Positions 39,213-50,343 of a stretch of DNA of 64,000 nt are shown piece after piece. The notes under the pieces are model-generated. The model worked only from the letters and a program-made list of their open reading frames with translations, did not search any database and was not told the DNA's origin. Made by a program: the position numbers and the translations under genes. The stretch is from Candidatus Aceula meridiana (GTDB lineage Bacteria; Omnitrophota; Gorgyraeia; Zapsychrales; Aceulaceae). The stretch covers positions 128,038 through 192,037 of the forward strand of contig JAVCDE010000003.1 in the NCBI GenBank assembly GCA_030765185.1, read 5' to 3'. Numbering within the stretch: position 1 is the stretch's first letter; each line of letters opens with the position of its first letter.

Positions 39213-39240
39213 ATTATGGAGAAACGGCTTTGTTTGTCAA
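39213..39240 (-). promoter_or_regulatory. Sigma70-type promoter for the GT-C gene, near-leaderless
   Basis: Minus strand TTGACA-16bp-CATAAT; ATG 8 nt downstream. Confidence 0.55.
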
Positions 39241-39283
39241 GTTTTTCGTTTTGAATTCTTGTTTTTTTAGATGAAAAATTTAC

Positions 39284-39312
39284 TTGACAAAGCATCTTCC
39301 CTGGGAGATAAT
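39284..39312 (+). promoter_or_regulatory. Cold-shock gene promoter
   Basis: TTGACA-17bp-GATAAT, giving a 5' leader of about 120 nt. Confidence 0.65.
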
Positions 39313-39344
39313 TTTAGAGAGTTAAGAGGGACAAGATACTTAGA

Positions 39345-39381
39345 CCGTGAGGTAGAAGGAACTGACCTCGCGGCTTTTTTT
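39345..39381 (+). terminator. Intrinsic-terminator-like hairpin inside the cold-shock gene leader
   Basis: CCGTGAGGT/ACCTCGCGG stem followed by 7 T. Confidence 0.65.
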
Positions 39382-39439
39382 ATATAAGTTAAAGATCTAC
39401 CGCATGACTCGAATTTTTTTGAAAGGAGGAACAGTACAA

Positions 39440-39640
39440 ATGGTTAAAGGAACAGTAAAATGGTTTAACAACCAAAAAGGTTATGGTTTTATTTCACCGG
39501 AAGAAGGCAAAGATGTTTTTGTGCATCATAGCGAAATTCAGGGTGATGGTTACAAATCTTTAGATGAAGGCCAAGCCGTTGAGTTTGAAATTACTCAAGG
39601 CCCTAAAGGTGAACAAGCCCAGAACGTCGTTAAGATATAA
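39440..39640 (+). CDS. Cold-shock protein (CspA family)
   Basis: [22 protein letters not shown]; SD AAGGAGG puts the start at 39440. Confidence 0.97.
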   Translation: MVKGTVKWFNNQKGYGFISPEEGKDVFVHHSEIQGDGYKSLDEGQAVEFEITQGPKGEQAQNVVKI

Positions 39641-39665
39641 AATAAATTATCAGAACGAAATCAAT

Positions 39666-39710
39666 AAACCTCTAGCGATTCTTTTTTAGAATTGCTAGAG
39701 GTTTTTCTTT
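39666..39710 (+). terminator. Rho-independent terminator after the cold-shock gene
   Basis: AAACCTCTAGCGATTCT/AGAATTGCTAGAGGTTT hairpin plus T-tract. Confidence 0.85.
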
Positions 39711-39796
39711 TTGTGCGATGAAACTTTTTTTGAAAAAGGTCTGTCTAAAAGAGTGGCTGGCAAAATTCCAAAAATCATTTCTACTCAGGAGGGGAC

Positions 39797-40456
39797 ATGT
39801 TTGCAAAGAAAGTTTATACAAAATTTGTTATCGGCTTTGCCATTATCAGTGCTGCTGTTTTTTTAAATACGGCTGATGCGCTAGCAAAATCACAGCATAA
39901 TAAGGGGCCGCGACAGAGGTCTCGTTATCAGTCCCGCCATCATTACCACCATCCGTATTATGGAAAAAGAATTACGCTTCCTAGGCTTATCGCAAGTTTT
40001 ATTTTTCATGCTGGGGATGAGTATTACTATAGCCACGGCTATTTTTATCAAAAGGCGCCCGGAGGATACATTATTGTTGATGCTCCTATAGGCGCACGCG
40101 TTACCTCTTTGCCGCTTTGCTATAAAAAAATCATCGTAAAAGGAAAGACTTTTTATTGCTACAACAATACTTATTTCCACAGAATCGGTGCCAGATACGT
40201 TGTGGTTTCTGATCCTATTTATCATATCAGCGATCTTGCCAGAGAAGTTAGTGTCATTGAGGTACCCTTCCTGGGAACGAATATTACAACAATCAAGGGC
40301 TCAAACAACAGTTACACAATTCATATTCCTAATATTAACGGGAGCTACACATCTGTGATGCTTGTCAAAAAAGGCAGTAGTTTTATTGGCCCACAAGGAG
40401 AGCATTATGAAAATTTTCCATCCGTCGCACAATTACAGGTTGTATATGGGAATTAA
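39797..40456 (+). CDS. Exported His/Tyr-rich protein (DUF6515-like)
   Basis: Signal peptide, RHHYHHPYY, repeated YYY..GYFY....GYIIV.AP.G units. Confidence 0.6.
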   Translation: MFAKKVYTKFVIGFAIISAAVFLNTADALAKSQHNKGPRQRSRYQSRHHYHHPYYGKRITLPRLIASFIFHAGDEYYYSHGYFYQKAPGGYIIVDAPIGARVTSLPLCYKKIIVKGKTFYCYNNTYFHRIGARYVVVSDPIYHISDLAREVSVIEVPFLGTNITTIKGSNNSYTIHIPNINGSYTSVMLVKKGSSFIGPQGEHYENFPSVAQLQVVYGN

Positions 40457-40521
40457 TATCGTCATTTTTAAAAAATAGTACACTGCATTTTTTTCAAGAT
40501 ATCTCTCCTTTAAAAAAAATC

Positions 40522-40549
40522 TTGACAAAATATTTCTTTTTGGTATATT
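40522..40549 (+). promoter_or_regulatory. groESL promoter
   Basis: TTGACA-16bp-TATATT with TG extension. Confidence 0.75.
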
Positions 40550-40575
40550 TAGCACTCGAAAAGATAGAGTGCTAT
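40549..40575 (+). promoter_or_regulatory. CIRCE operator (HrcA binding site)
   Basis: TTAGCACTC-N9-GAGTGCTAT, one mismatch from the consensus, upstream of groES. Confidence 0.95.
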
Positions 40576-40640
40576 TTTTTATTAGACTCGAAACTTTAGG
40601 CATAGTAACAATCTATAACATTTAAAGGAGGGAAAGTTCT

Positions 40641-40931
40641 ATGAAACTTATACCACTGGCTGACAGAATTATTGTTAAGCCCCTTGAAGCCGAAGAAAAA
40701 ACAAAGGGAGGAATCATTCTCCCGGACACGGCAAAAGAAAAACCTCAAGAAGGCAAAATTGTTGCCGCAGGCAAGGGAAAAGTATTAGAGAACGGAAACG
40801 TTCAGGCTATGGAAGTTAAAGTCGGTGATACTGTGCTTTATGGTAAGTACAGCGGCAGTGAAATTACCACCAAAGAAGGCGAACAGCTTTTGATTATGAA
40901 AGAAGACGACGTTTTAGCGGTTATGAAGTAA
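40641..40931 (+). CDS. groES: Co-chaperonin GroES
   Basis: [31 protein letters not shown]. Confidence 0.98.
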   Translation: MKLIPLADRIIVKPLEAEEKTKGGIILPDTAKEKPQEGKIVAAGKGKVLENGNVQAMEVKVGDTVLYGKYSGSEITTKEGEQLLIMKEDDVLAVMK

Positions 40932-40960
40932 TCCTAAAAACAATCTGGTTTTCAGGATGA

Positions 40961-42741
<1,781 letters not shown>

Positions 42742-42826
42742 CTCCACTAAGAATGCGAGCTTATACTAAGAAAACCCAAAGGAGTTGTGGGTGAATAAAT
42801 ATCGAAATTTCAGAATAAAGTAAAAT

Positions 42827-42867
42827 AAAAAGGGGACAGTTCCTAAGGTAGGAACTGTCCCCTTTTT
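42827..42867. terminator. Long perfect inverted repeat, probably a bidirectional terminator
   Basis: AAAAAGGGGACAGTTCCT-AAGGT-AGGAACTGTCCCCTTTTT, 18-bp arms. Confidence 0.8.
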
Positions 42868-42997
42868 GCTGAACATTAGAAATATGCACAAGGATAAAGA
42901 TTTTTAAAAAATTTTGAAAAATTTTCCTCGTCTCTTATGATAAAATAAAAAGAGATTTCTTAAAAACACACCCGCGGTTTTACAAAAGGAGGATATC

Positions 42998-43252
42998 ATG
43001 GATGAAAAACAACAAAAACGTCTAAAATTGCTGAATCATCTAAGCGAGGAATTGAAAAAAGTCGAGAAAGAACAACAGGTGACAATTGAGCACTTGGCCA
43101 AAGTTCAGATAGAAGTCCAGGAAACAGGTAAGGAGGTTCTTTCGCAGAAAATTGGAGAGATTTTTTCTAATGCCACGCGCAATACCGAGTTATTGCATGA
43201 AATGCTGCACGAGTTTACCATCGAAATCAATCAGCTAAAACAGGGCGCATAA
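42998..43252 (+). CDS. Hypothetical helical/coiled-coil protein
   Basis: SD AAGGAGG; heptad-like Leu/Glu/Lys composition. Confidence 0.7.
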   Translation: MDEKQQKRLKLLNHLSEELKKVEKEQQVTIEHLAKVQIEVQETGKEVLSQKIGEIFSNATRNTELLHEMLHEFTIEINQLKQGA

Positions 43253-43301
43253 TATTTCAATAATAATTTAAAAAATTTCTAATACAGAAACGGAGGTTTT
43301 A

Positions 43302-43490
43302 ATGGCTACTTATGAATGTTCAAAATGCGGCATGGGCGTAAATGCAACTTGCTCAAAATGTGATGCACCTCTCGTCAATGACAAAATTAATCTTGAAGGA
43401 CAAGAGGTCCAAGTATCTAAATGTCCTAATGAGCATGGTAAAATTAAGTCACCGATGTGTTGTGGCGAGGACATGACTTGTAAGGTTTAA
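43302..43490 (+). CDS. Small Cys-rich metal-binding protein
   Basis: CSKC, CSKC, CPNEH, MCCG; SD GGAGG. Confidence 0.8.
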   Translation: MATYECSKCGMGVNATCSKCDAPLVNDKINLEGQEVQVSKCPNEHGKIKSPMCCGEDMTCKV

Positions 43491-43510
43491 ATGATCGCAT
43501 GTTTTATTTC

Positions 43511-43547
43511 TGGGCCCTTAAACGTACGGTTTAAGGGCCCATTCTTT
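43511..43547 (+). terminator. Terminator hairpin
   Basis: TGGGCCCTTAAAC/GTTTAAGGGCCCA followed by TTCTTT. Confidence 0.7.
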
Positions 43548-43563
43548 CACAAAAATAATCCTC

Positions 43564-43592
43564 TTGACTTTTGGTATATATATCAGTATATT
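43564..43592 (+). promoter_or_regulatory. Promoter for guaB3-guaA
   Basis: TTGACT-17bp-TATATT. Confidence 0.55.
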
Positions 43593-43677
43593 ATTAGCTT
43601 AAATATAGCTATGAAAATTACCCCAAAATCTCTTGTATTAGGCTCTAAACTACTTATTTTTAAGGAGGTTACGTAAA

Positions 43678-44838
43678 ATGGCAGAATGGATTGGAATCGG
43701 CCGCAGGGCACGGCGTTGCTACGGATTTGATGATGTTGCTCTTGTTCCGGGCAATATGACAATAAATCCAAACGAAGTAGATGTTTCCTGGTCTCTGGGA
43801 AAAACAAAGTTTAAAACTCCAATCTTGGCTGCTGCCATGGATGGTGTTGTAGGCGTTGATTTTGCGATTGCTATGGGTAAATTAGGAGGTATTGCTGTTC
43901 TTAATTTAGATGGTGTTCAAACACGTTATGATAATCCAACCCAAGTTCTATCTCAAATTGCAGGGGCGACCCCTGAAGAAGCCACTAAGCTCGTTCAGAG
44001 TCTTTACTTAAAACCTATTAAAGAAAAACTTATTGTCAAACGCGTTAAGGCAATTAAAAAAGCTAAAGTTCCTGCTATCGTTAGCTGTATTCCTCAAAAT
44101 GCAGCCCGATTTGGCGCAATCGCGCAAGAAGCAGGATGTGATATGTTTGTCGTTCAATCAACCGTTGCCACTGTTAAACACGTTGCCAGTGAATACAAAG
44201 TTTTAGATATCAAGAAATTTTTAAAGCAGATGAAAATTCCTATTATCATGGGAAATTCTGTCACCTATGAAGTTGCTTTAGAGCTGATGGAAGAAGGCGT
44301 TGACGGACTCTTAGTCGGCATTGGTCCGGGAGCAGCATGTACCACGCGCGGTGTTTTAGGTATTGGTGTCCCGCAGATTACAACGACTGTTGATAGCGCT
44401 GCCGCACGTGATCATTATTTTAAGAGAAAAGGAAAATACGTTCCGATTATCACCGATGGCGGCATGCGAATCGGAGGAGAAATTTGTAAAGCCTTTGCCG
44501 CTGGCGCTGATGCTGTTATGGTAGGTTCTGCTTTTGCAAAGGCCAAAGAAGCTCCTGGTGGCGGTTATCACTGGGGCATGGCCACATCAAATGCAAATCT
44601 GCCACGAGGAACGCGAGTTAAAGTTGGAACTTCAGGAACTCTAAAACAGATTTTATTAGGGCCGGCTAAAGTTGATGACGGTTCACAGAATCTCGTTGGC
44701 GCACTTAGGACTTCCATGGGATCTTTAGGCGCTTCGAATATTAAAGAAATGCAGGATGTTGAGGTTATTATTGCGCCTTCAATTCAAACAGAGGGAAAAG
44801 TTTTTCAAATCGGTCAAAAGATCGGAATGGGTAAATAA
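43678..44838 (+). CDS. GuaB3-family IMP dehydrogenase-related protein (no CBS domains)
   Basis: YGFDDVALVP, AAMDGVV, GIGPGAACTTR, DGG, HWGMAT; next to guaA. Confidence 0.9.
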   Translation: MAEWIGIGRRARRCYGFDDVALVPGNMTINPNEVDVSWSLGKTKFKTPILAAAMDGVVGVDFAIAMGKLGGIAVLNLDGVQTRYDNPTQVLSQIAGATPEEATKLVQSLYLKPIKEKLIVKRVKAIKKAKVPAIVSCIPQNAARFGAIAQEAGCDMFVVQSTVATVKHVASEYKVLDIKKFLKQMKIPIIMGNSVTYEVALELMEEGVDGLLVGIGPGAACTTRGVLGIGVPQITTTVDSAAARDHYFKRKGKYVPIITDGGMRIGGEICKAFAAGADAVMVGSAFAKAKEAPGGGYHWGMATSNANLPRGTRVKVGTSGTLKQILLGPAKVDDGSQNLVGALRTSMGSLGASNIKEMQDVEVIIAPSIQTEGKVFQIGQKIGMGK

Positions 44839-44862
44839 AAAAAAGGAAATAGGAATTTTATT

Positions 44863-46407
44863 ATGAGAAATAGAGATATTATTCTGGTTTTAGATTTTGG
44901 TTCGCAATATACACAGCTTATTGCGCGGCGTATTCGTGAAAGCAAAGTGTTTAGTCGGATTGTTCCTTACAATATTTCGATCGAGGAGATTAAGAAAATT
45001 AATCCTAAAGGGTTGATCTTCTCCGGCGGGCCAATGAGCGTTTATGATAAAGGCGCACCTTTGCCTAAAAAAGAAATTTTTAAACTCAAAGTTCCTATTT
45101 TAGGTATCTGCTATGGTGCGCAATTGATTACTCATATGCTGGGAGGCAAGGTTAAGAAAACCGATGAGCGTGAATACGGACGTGCTGAACTTTTTATTGA
45201 TGCCCCTAAGGATATTTTCTTTAATCTTCCAAGCAATTTAACTTGTTGGATGAGCCATGGCGATGAGATTAAGAAAGTTCCTGATGGATTTAAAGCAATT
45301 GCCCATACGCTTTCAACGCCGGTTGCAGGATTTTCTGAAAGAAGAAAAAAGATTTATGCTGTTCAGTTTCACCCTGAAGTCGTACATACTCAGAGGGGAA
45401 ATCAGATTTTAGCGAATTTTCTTTTTCAGATATGTGGATGTTTGCCTCGCTGGACTATGGATAAGCTCGTTAAGCAGCAAATTAAAGAAATTAAAGAAAT
45501 TGTTAAAGACAAGCAAGTGGTGATGGGATTAAGCGGGGGAGTTGATTCATCCGTTGCTGCTGTTTTAATTAACCAAGCCATTGGAAAAAGATTGCATTGT
45601 ATTTTTGTTGATAATGGTGTGTTGCGCAAGAATGAGGTTACTTCTGTGCAGCGTACATTTAAAAATCATTTTAAAATGAACCTCCAAGTTATTGATGCGC
45701 AAAAGCGCTTTTTAACAAGGTTGAAGAATGTGACCGATCCAGAGCAAAAGCGGAAAATTATTGGTGATGAGTTTATTAAAGTTTTTCAGGAAGTCGCGAA
45801 AAGAAAGAAAAAGGTTGAGTTCTTAGGTCAAGGTACACTTTATCCTGATGTGATTGAATCTTCATCGCCTTTGGGCGGGCCATCCGTTATGATTAAGAGT
45901 CATCACAATGTTGGTGGATTGCCTAAACGTATGAAATTAAAATTGATTGAGCCGTTTCGCGAATTATTTAAAGATGAAGTTCGTCAAATTGGAAAATATT
46001 TAGGTGTTCCTGAAAATATTGTTAAACGTCAACCGTTCCCGGGCCCAGGTCTAGCGATTCGTATTGTTGGTGAAGTTACCAAAGAGAGATTAGAGATTAT
46101 TCGTGAAGCTGATGAGCGTGTTTTAGAAGAAATTCGTAAGGCCGGGCTTTATGATGAAATTTGGCAATCATTTGCTGTGCTTTTGCCTATTAAGTCCGTC
46201 GGTGTCATGGGTGATAAAAGAACTTATGAAAATGCCATTGCTGTTAGATGTGTGAACAGTGTTGATGGGATGACTGCGGACTGGGTTACCCTGCCACCGG
46301 ATCTTTTAGCGAAAATTGCCAATCGCATTATAAACGAAGTTCCCGGCGTTAATCGTGTTGTCTATGATATTAGTTCAAAACCTCCTGCCACAATTGAGTG
46401 GGAGTAA
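44863..46407 (+). CDS. guaA: GMP synthase (glutamine-hydrolysing)
   Basis: [32 protein letters not shown]. Confidence 0.98.
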   Translation: MRNRDIILVLDFGSQYTQLIARRIRESKVFSRIVPYNISIEEIKKINPKGLIFSGGPMSVYDKGAPLPKKEIFKLKVPILGICYGAQLITHMLGGKVKKTDEREYGRAELFIDAPKDIFFNLPSNLTCWMSHGDEIKKVPDGFKAIAHTLSTPVAGFSERRKKIYAVQFHPEVVHTQRGNQILANFLFQICGCLPRWTMDKLVKQQIKEIKEIVKDKQVVMGLSGGVDSSVAAVLINQAIGKRLHCIFVDNGVLRKNEVTSVQRTFKNHFKMNLQVIDAQKRFLTRLKNVTDPEQKRKIIGDEFIKVFQEVAKRKKKVEFLGQGTLYPDVIESSSPLGGPSVMIKSHHNVGGLPKRMKLKLIEPFRELFKDEVRQIGKYLGVPENIVKRQPFPGPGLAIRIVGEVTKERLEIIREADERVLEEIRKAGLYDEIWQSFAVLLPIKSVGVMGDKRTYENAIAVRCVNSVDGMTADWVTLPPDLLAKIANRIINEVPGVNRVVYDISSKPPATIEWE

Positions 46408-46410
46408 TCA

Positions 46411-46477
46411 AAGACATAAAGCCACAAGTTATAGGCTTTAAGCTTAGAGCTTATCGTTTGCGGCTTACAATTTGTGC
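46411..46477. repeat. Degenerate ~7-nt periodic repeat forming a long imperfect palindrome
   Basis: AAGCCACAA..ATAGGCTTTAAG|CTTAGAGCTTAT..TTGCGGCTT centred on AAGCTT. Confidence 0.55.
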
Positions 46478-46480
46478 AAT

Positions 46481-49400
46481 ATGAGTTACCATTCGGATTT
46501 TGTCCATCTTCATGTCCATACCCAGTTTAGCCTCCTCGATGGGGCTTGTCGCGTAAAAGACCTTCTTAAAAAAGCTGCTGATTACCACATGCCGGCTTTA
46601 GCTATGTCTGATCATGGCAACATGTTCGGCGCGATTAATTTTTATCAAACTGCTATCCAATATGGCGTTAAGCCGATTATCGGATGCGAATGCTATGTCG
46701 CGCCGGAAAGTCGATTCGAAAAAAAACCTAATTCACAAAAAAAGGGAATGAGCCATCTTGTTTTATTTGCTAAAGATGAGCAGGGCTATAAAAATTTGAT
46801 GAAACTTGTTTCTATGGCTTATTTAGAAGGCTTTTATTATAAGCCTCGCATGGATAAAGAAATTTTGTCTCAATATCATGAAGGCCTTATCGCTACATCA
46901 GCATGTCTTCGAGGTGAGGTTGCTCAAGCTATTCGTTTTGAAAATTTTAATGCAGCTCTTAAGACTGCTGACAATCTTCAGCAGATTTTTGGCAAAGGAA
47001 ATTTCTATCTGGAGCTTATGGATCATGGCATCGAAGAACAGAAAACTGTAAACGATGGTCTTATTAAAGTTGGTAAAGAATTAGATATCGGTGTTGTGGC
47101 AACTAACGATGTTCATTATCTTGAAAAGAATCAGGCCTCAGCGCATGAAGCTTTGCTATGCGTTCAGACACAGACAACACTTGATGATCCTAGACACATG
47201 CGTATGTCTACGGATGAATTTTATTTTAAAAGTCCAGATGAGATGAAAGCGATTTTTGGTCATATTCCTGGAGCTATTGAAAATACTATCGAAATTGCTG
47301 AGAAATGTAATCTGGAACTTAGCTTTGATAAAATTCACCTACCTCGTTATGACCCACCCACAGGAGAAACTAAAGAAAATTATTTACGTGATTTATGCGA
47401 GGATGGAATTAAGCGTCGTTTTAAAGAGAAGACTCAAGAAGCCAGTGAGCGTTTAGAATATGAACTTTCAACCATTGAAAAGATGGGATTTGTGAGCTAC
47501 TTTTTGATTGTTTGGGACTTTATTCATTTTGCTAAACAAAACGGAATTCCTGTGGGTCCGGGACGAGGATCAGCGGCTGGAAGCTTGGTTAGTTATCTGC
47601 TTGGCATCACCGACTTAGACCCTTTGCGCTATGGTTTGCTTTTTGAAAGATTTCTTAATCCGGAACGCATTGGAATGCCTGATATTGATATTGATTTTTG
47701 TTATGAGCGTCGTCCAGAAGTTATCGAGTATGTTACCAATAAATACGGTAAAGATTCGGTAGCACAGATTATTACTTTTGGAACTATGCAGGCTAGGGCT
47801 GCGATTCGCGATGTCGGACGCGTTATGAGCATGCCGTATGCTGATGTTGATAAGATCGCAAAACTTATTCCACACGAGCTTAATATCAAGCTAAAGAGTG
47901 CGCTTGAGCAAGAACCGCAGTTGCTTAAGCTTTGCAAGGAAGATGGGCAAGTTGCCAAACTCATCGAGACGGCACAAGTTTTAGAAGGCCTCAATCGTCA
48001 CGCATCAATTCACGCTGCCGGTGTTGTTATCTCTGATAAGCCGCTTACCGAGCATGTGCCGCTCTATAAGACGAGTGATGATCAAGTTACCACTGGGTAT
48101 TCTATGGACGGTATTGCCAAGATCGGCCTTTTGAAAATGGATTTCTTAGGCCTTAAAACTTTGACGGTTATCGATAAAGCTTTAAAGCTTGTTAAAGAAA
48201 ATCATGGAATTGATTTAACGGTTGAAGATTTTCCTCCGGGAGATAAAAAAACATTTGATCTTTTATCTAAGGCAAATAGTTTTGGTATTTTTCAGCTGGA
48301 AAGTTCGGGGATGAGGGAACTTTTAAAACGCATTAAGCCTACGGAGTTTGAAGATTTGATTACGATTTTGGCTCTTTACCGTCCAGGCCCTATTGGTAGT
48401 GGAATGCTTGATGATTATATTCAGCGAAAACGTGATGGCATTAGCATTCGTTATGATCATCCAAAACTTGAGCCTATTCTAAAAGAGACCTATGGCATTA
48501 TTGTTTTTCAGGAACAGGTTATGAAAATCCCAGCCGAATTGGCTGGATTTTCAATGACGCAATCAGACCATCTTAGGCGTGCGATGAGCAAAAAGATTCC
48601 AAACGTCATGAACAAGATGCGTGTTGATTTTATCACTGGATGTAAAAAGACATCACAGATTAAAGAGGGACTGGCTAACAAGATTTTTGATTTGATCGAT
48701 TATTTTTCAGGTTATGGATTTAATCGTAGCCATTCGGCAGCTTATGCTCTTATTTCTTATCGTACGGCATATCTTAAAGCTAACTTTCCTATTGAATTTA
48801 TGTGTGCGCTTTTAACCTCTGAAAAAGATAATACAGATAAAATTGTTGAATATGTTAAGGAGTCTGAGGCAATGGGGATTAAGGTTTTGCCTCCGGATGT
48901 TAATAAGAGCAGGTTAGAATTTGGCGTTGAGGATGATAAGTGCATTCGCTTTGGATTGATTGCGGTTAAAAATATTGGAGGAGCCGCTATTGAGTCTGTC
49001 ATAGAAAGAAGAAAAGACGGGCCATTTATAAATATTTTTGATTTTTGCAAGCGTGTAGATTTACGTACAGCTAACAGGAAGGTTTTGGAGAGTTTAATTC
49101 GATGCGGAGCTTTTGATTCTTTTGAAGGCCATCGTGCTCAAATGATGAAGGCTGTGGATAATGCTCTTGAATCTGGGGCACGGGCTCAGAAGGAAAGAGC
49201 TACTGGCCAGTTTTCTCTTTTTGACATGGAGGGGATGGAAGATTTTCAGAGCGGCGTAGAGACCTTGCCGACTGTTAAGGAATGGGCAAAGATGAAAGCC
49301 TTAGCAGATGAGAAGGAATTGTTAGGGTTTTATGTTTCGGGGCATCCTTTGGCGCATTATCAGGTTGAGATTAAAGAATTTACAGAATATTCGACCAAAG

Positions 49401-49918
49401 ATCTTTATAGGGCCACAGATGGGCAAGAGGTCAAGCTTATTGGGCTTATTAATCATGTGAAGAAGACAAATACGCGGCGCACAGGTGAGCGTATGGCCAT
49501 TATTCAATTTGAGGATATGGAAGGTGAGGTTGAGGGCGTTGTTTTTCCGTCAACGTATGAGGCGATCTCAGGCTATCTTGAAGATGGATCTGTGGTAGTT
49601 TTAGTTGGCAAGGTGAGCTTTCGCGATGAGGCTCCTAAGCTTATAGTCAATGATATTAAAAATGTTAAAGAGTCTTATCAGAGCATTAAGACTATAAAAA
49701 TTGATTTATCAGGGGTAGGAGAGTCCGGATTAGAGAAATTAAAGAATCGGCTTGAGCATTTTCCAGGAAAAGTTCCGGTTTATCTACATTTAAATACGAA
49801 TTCGCATAAAAGCGTTCAAATTTTGGTAGGCCAAGACCTTTATGTGGATCCTAGTGAAGCTTTAATGGATGATTTAAAGGACTTGCTGGGTGCAGAGCGT
49901 ATCTCGTTGCAGATCTAA
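46481..49918 (+). CDS. dnaE: DNA polymerase III alpha subunit
   Basis: FVHLHVHTQFSLLDG, GPGRGSAAGS, PDIDIDF, YGFNRSH; no intein visible. Confidence 0.98.
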   Translation: MSYHSDFVHLHVHTQFSLLDGACRVKDLLKKAADYHMPALAMSDHGNMFGAINFYQTAIQYGVKPIIGCECYVAPESRFEKKPNSQKKGMSHLVLFAKDEQGYKNLMKLVSMAYLEGFYYKPRMDKEILSQYHEGLIATSACLRGEVAQAIRFENFNAALKTADNLQQIFGKGNFYLELMDHGIEEQKTVNDGLIKVGKELDIGVVATNDVHYLEKNQASAHEALLCVQTQTTLDDPRHMRMSTDEFYFKSPDEMKAIFGHIPGAIENTIEIAEKCNLELSFDKIHLPRYDPPTGETKENYLRDLCEDGIKRRFKEKTQEASERLEYELSTIEKMGFVSYFLIVWDFIHFAKQNGIPVGPGRGSAAGSLVSYLLGITDLDPLRYGLLFERFLNPERIGMPDIDIDFCYERRPEVIEYVTNKYGKDSVAQIITFGTMQARAAIRDVGRVMSMPYADVDKIAKLIPHELNIKLKSALEQEPQLLKLCKEDGQVAKLIETAQVLEGLNRHASIHAAGVVISDKPLTEHVPLYKTSDDQVTTGYSMDGIAKIGLLKMDFLGLKTLTVIDKALKLVKENHGIDLTVEDFPPGDKKTFDLLSKANSFGIFQLESSGMRELLKRIKPTEFEDLITILALYRPGPIGSGMLDDYIQRKRDGISIRYDHPKLEPILKETYGIIVFQEQVMKIPAELAGFSMTQSDHLRRAMSKKIPNVMNKMRVDFITGCKKTSQIKEGLANKIFDLIDYFSGYGFNRSHSAAYALISYRTAYLKANFPIEFMCALLTSEKDNTDKIVEYVKESEAMGIKVLPPDVNKSRLEFGVEDDKCIRFGLIAVKNIGGAAIESVIERRKDGPFINIFDFCKRVDLRTANRKVLESLIRCGAFDSFEGHRAQMMKAVDNALESGARAQKERATGQFSLFDMEGMEDFQSGVETLPTVKEWAKMKALADEKELLGFYVSGHPLAHYQVEIKEFTEYSTKDLYRATDGQEVKLIGLINHVKKTNTRRTGERMAIIQFEDMEGEVEGVVFPSTYEAISGYLEDGSVVVLVGKVSFRDEAPKLIVNDIKNVKESYQSIKTIKIDLSGVGESGLEKLKNRLEHFPGKVPVYLHLNTNSHKSVQILVGQDLYVDPSEALMDDLKDLLGAERISLQI

Positions 49919-49927
49919 TTTTTTATC

Positions 49928-49956
49928 TTGACACTCTAAGTCATTGTTGATACGAT
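49928..49956 (+). promoter_or_regulatory. Promoter for the HU/IHF gene
   Basis: TTGACA-17bp-TACGAT with TG extension. Confidence 0.65.
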
Positions 49957-49981
49957 ACTTAGCGACTAGGAGGTGAATTTT

Positions 49982-50254
49982 ATGACCAAGAAAGATATTG
50001 TTTTACGCATTACTGACATGACAGGCATCAAACAGGTTGATGTTAAAAAAGTTGTTCAAAAAACATTTGATGTTATTGTTGAGAGTTTAACCCGCAATGA
50101 AAAGGTGGAACTTCGGAATTTTGGTGTTTTTAAAATTAAAGAACGACGAGCTCGTTTCGGAAGAAATCCCCGTACAGGAGAGAGCGTTCCTGTTCCCCCA
50201 AGAAAAGTTGTTGTGTTCAAGCCTGGGCTTGAAATGAAGCAGAAAATTCGATAA
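49982..50254 (+). CDS. HU/IHF-family DNA-binding protein
   Basis: MTKKDIV, ELRNFGVF, GRNPRTGE, FKPG; SD AGGAGGTGA. Confidence 0.95.
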   Translation: MTKKDIVLRITDMTGIKQVDVKKVVQKTFDVIVESLTRNEKVELRNFGVFKIKERRARFGRNPRTGESVPVPPRKVVVFKPGLEMKQKIR

Positions 50255-50277
50255 TTATACGATTATCTATAAATATT

Positions 50278-50315
50278 AGTAAAGGGCGGAAGAACAAGTT
50301 CTTCCGCCCTTTACT
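50278..50315. terminator. Perfect 18-bp inverted repeat after the HU gene
   Basis: AGTAAAGGGCGGAAGAAC-AA-GTTCTTCCGCCCTTTACT. Confidence 0.75.
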
Positions 50316-50343
50316 CCTTAATAAAAATGAAAAAAAAGATTTT

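Noticed and set aside
39404-39439. Upstream extensions of ORF-track starts (csp; also groEL 41012, aroB 27920, aspS 51615, dnaE 46472, helicase 59402)
   Set aside because: SD position, stop-start overlaps and family N-termini favour the downstream starts.
46481-49918. Intein or split in dnaE
   Set aside because: Length and motif spacing are normal; no intein termini seen.
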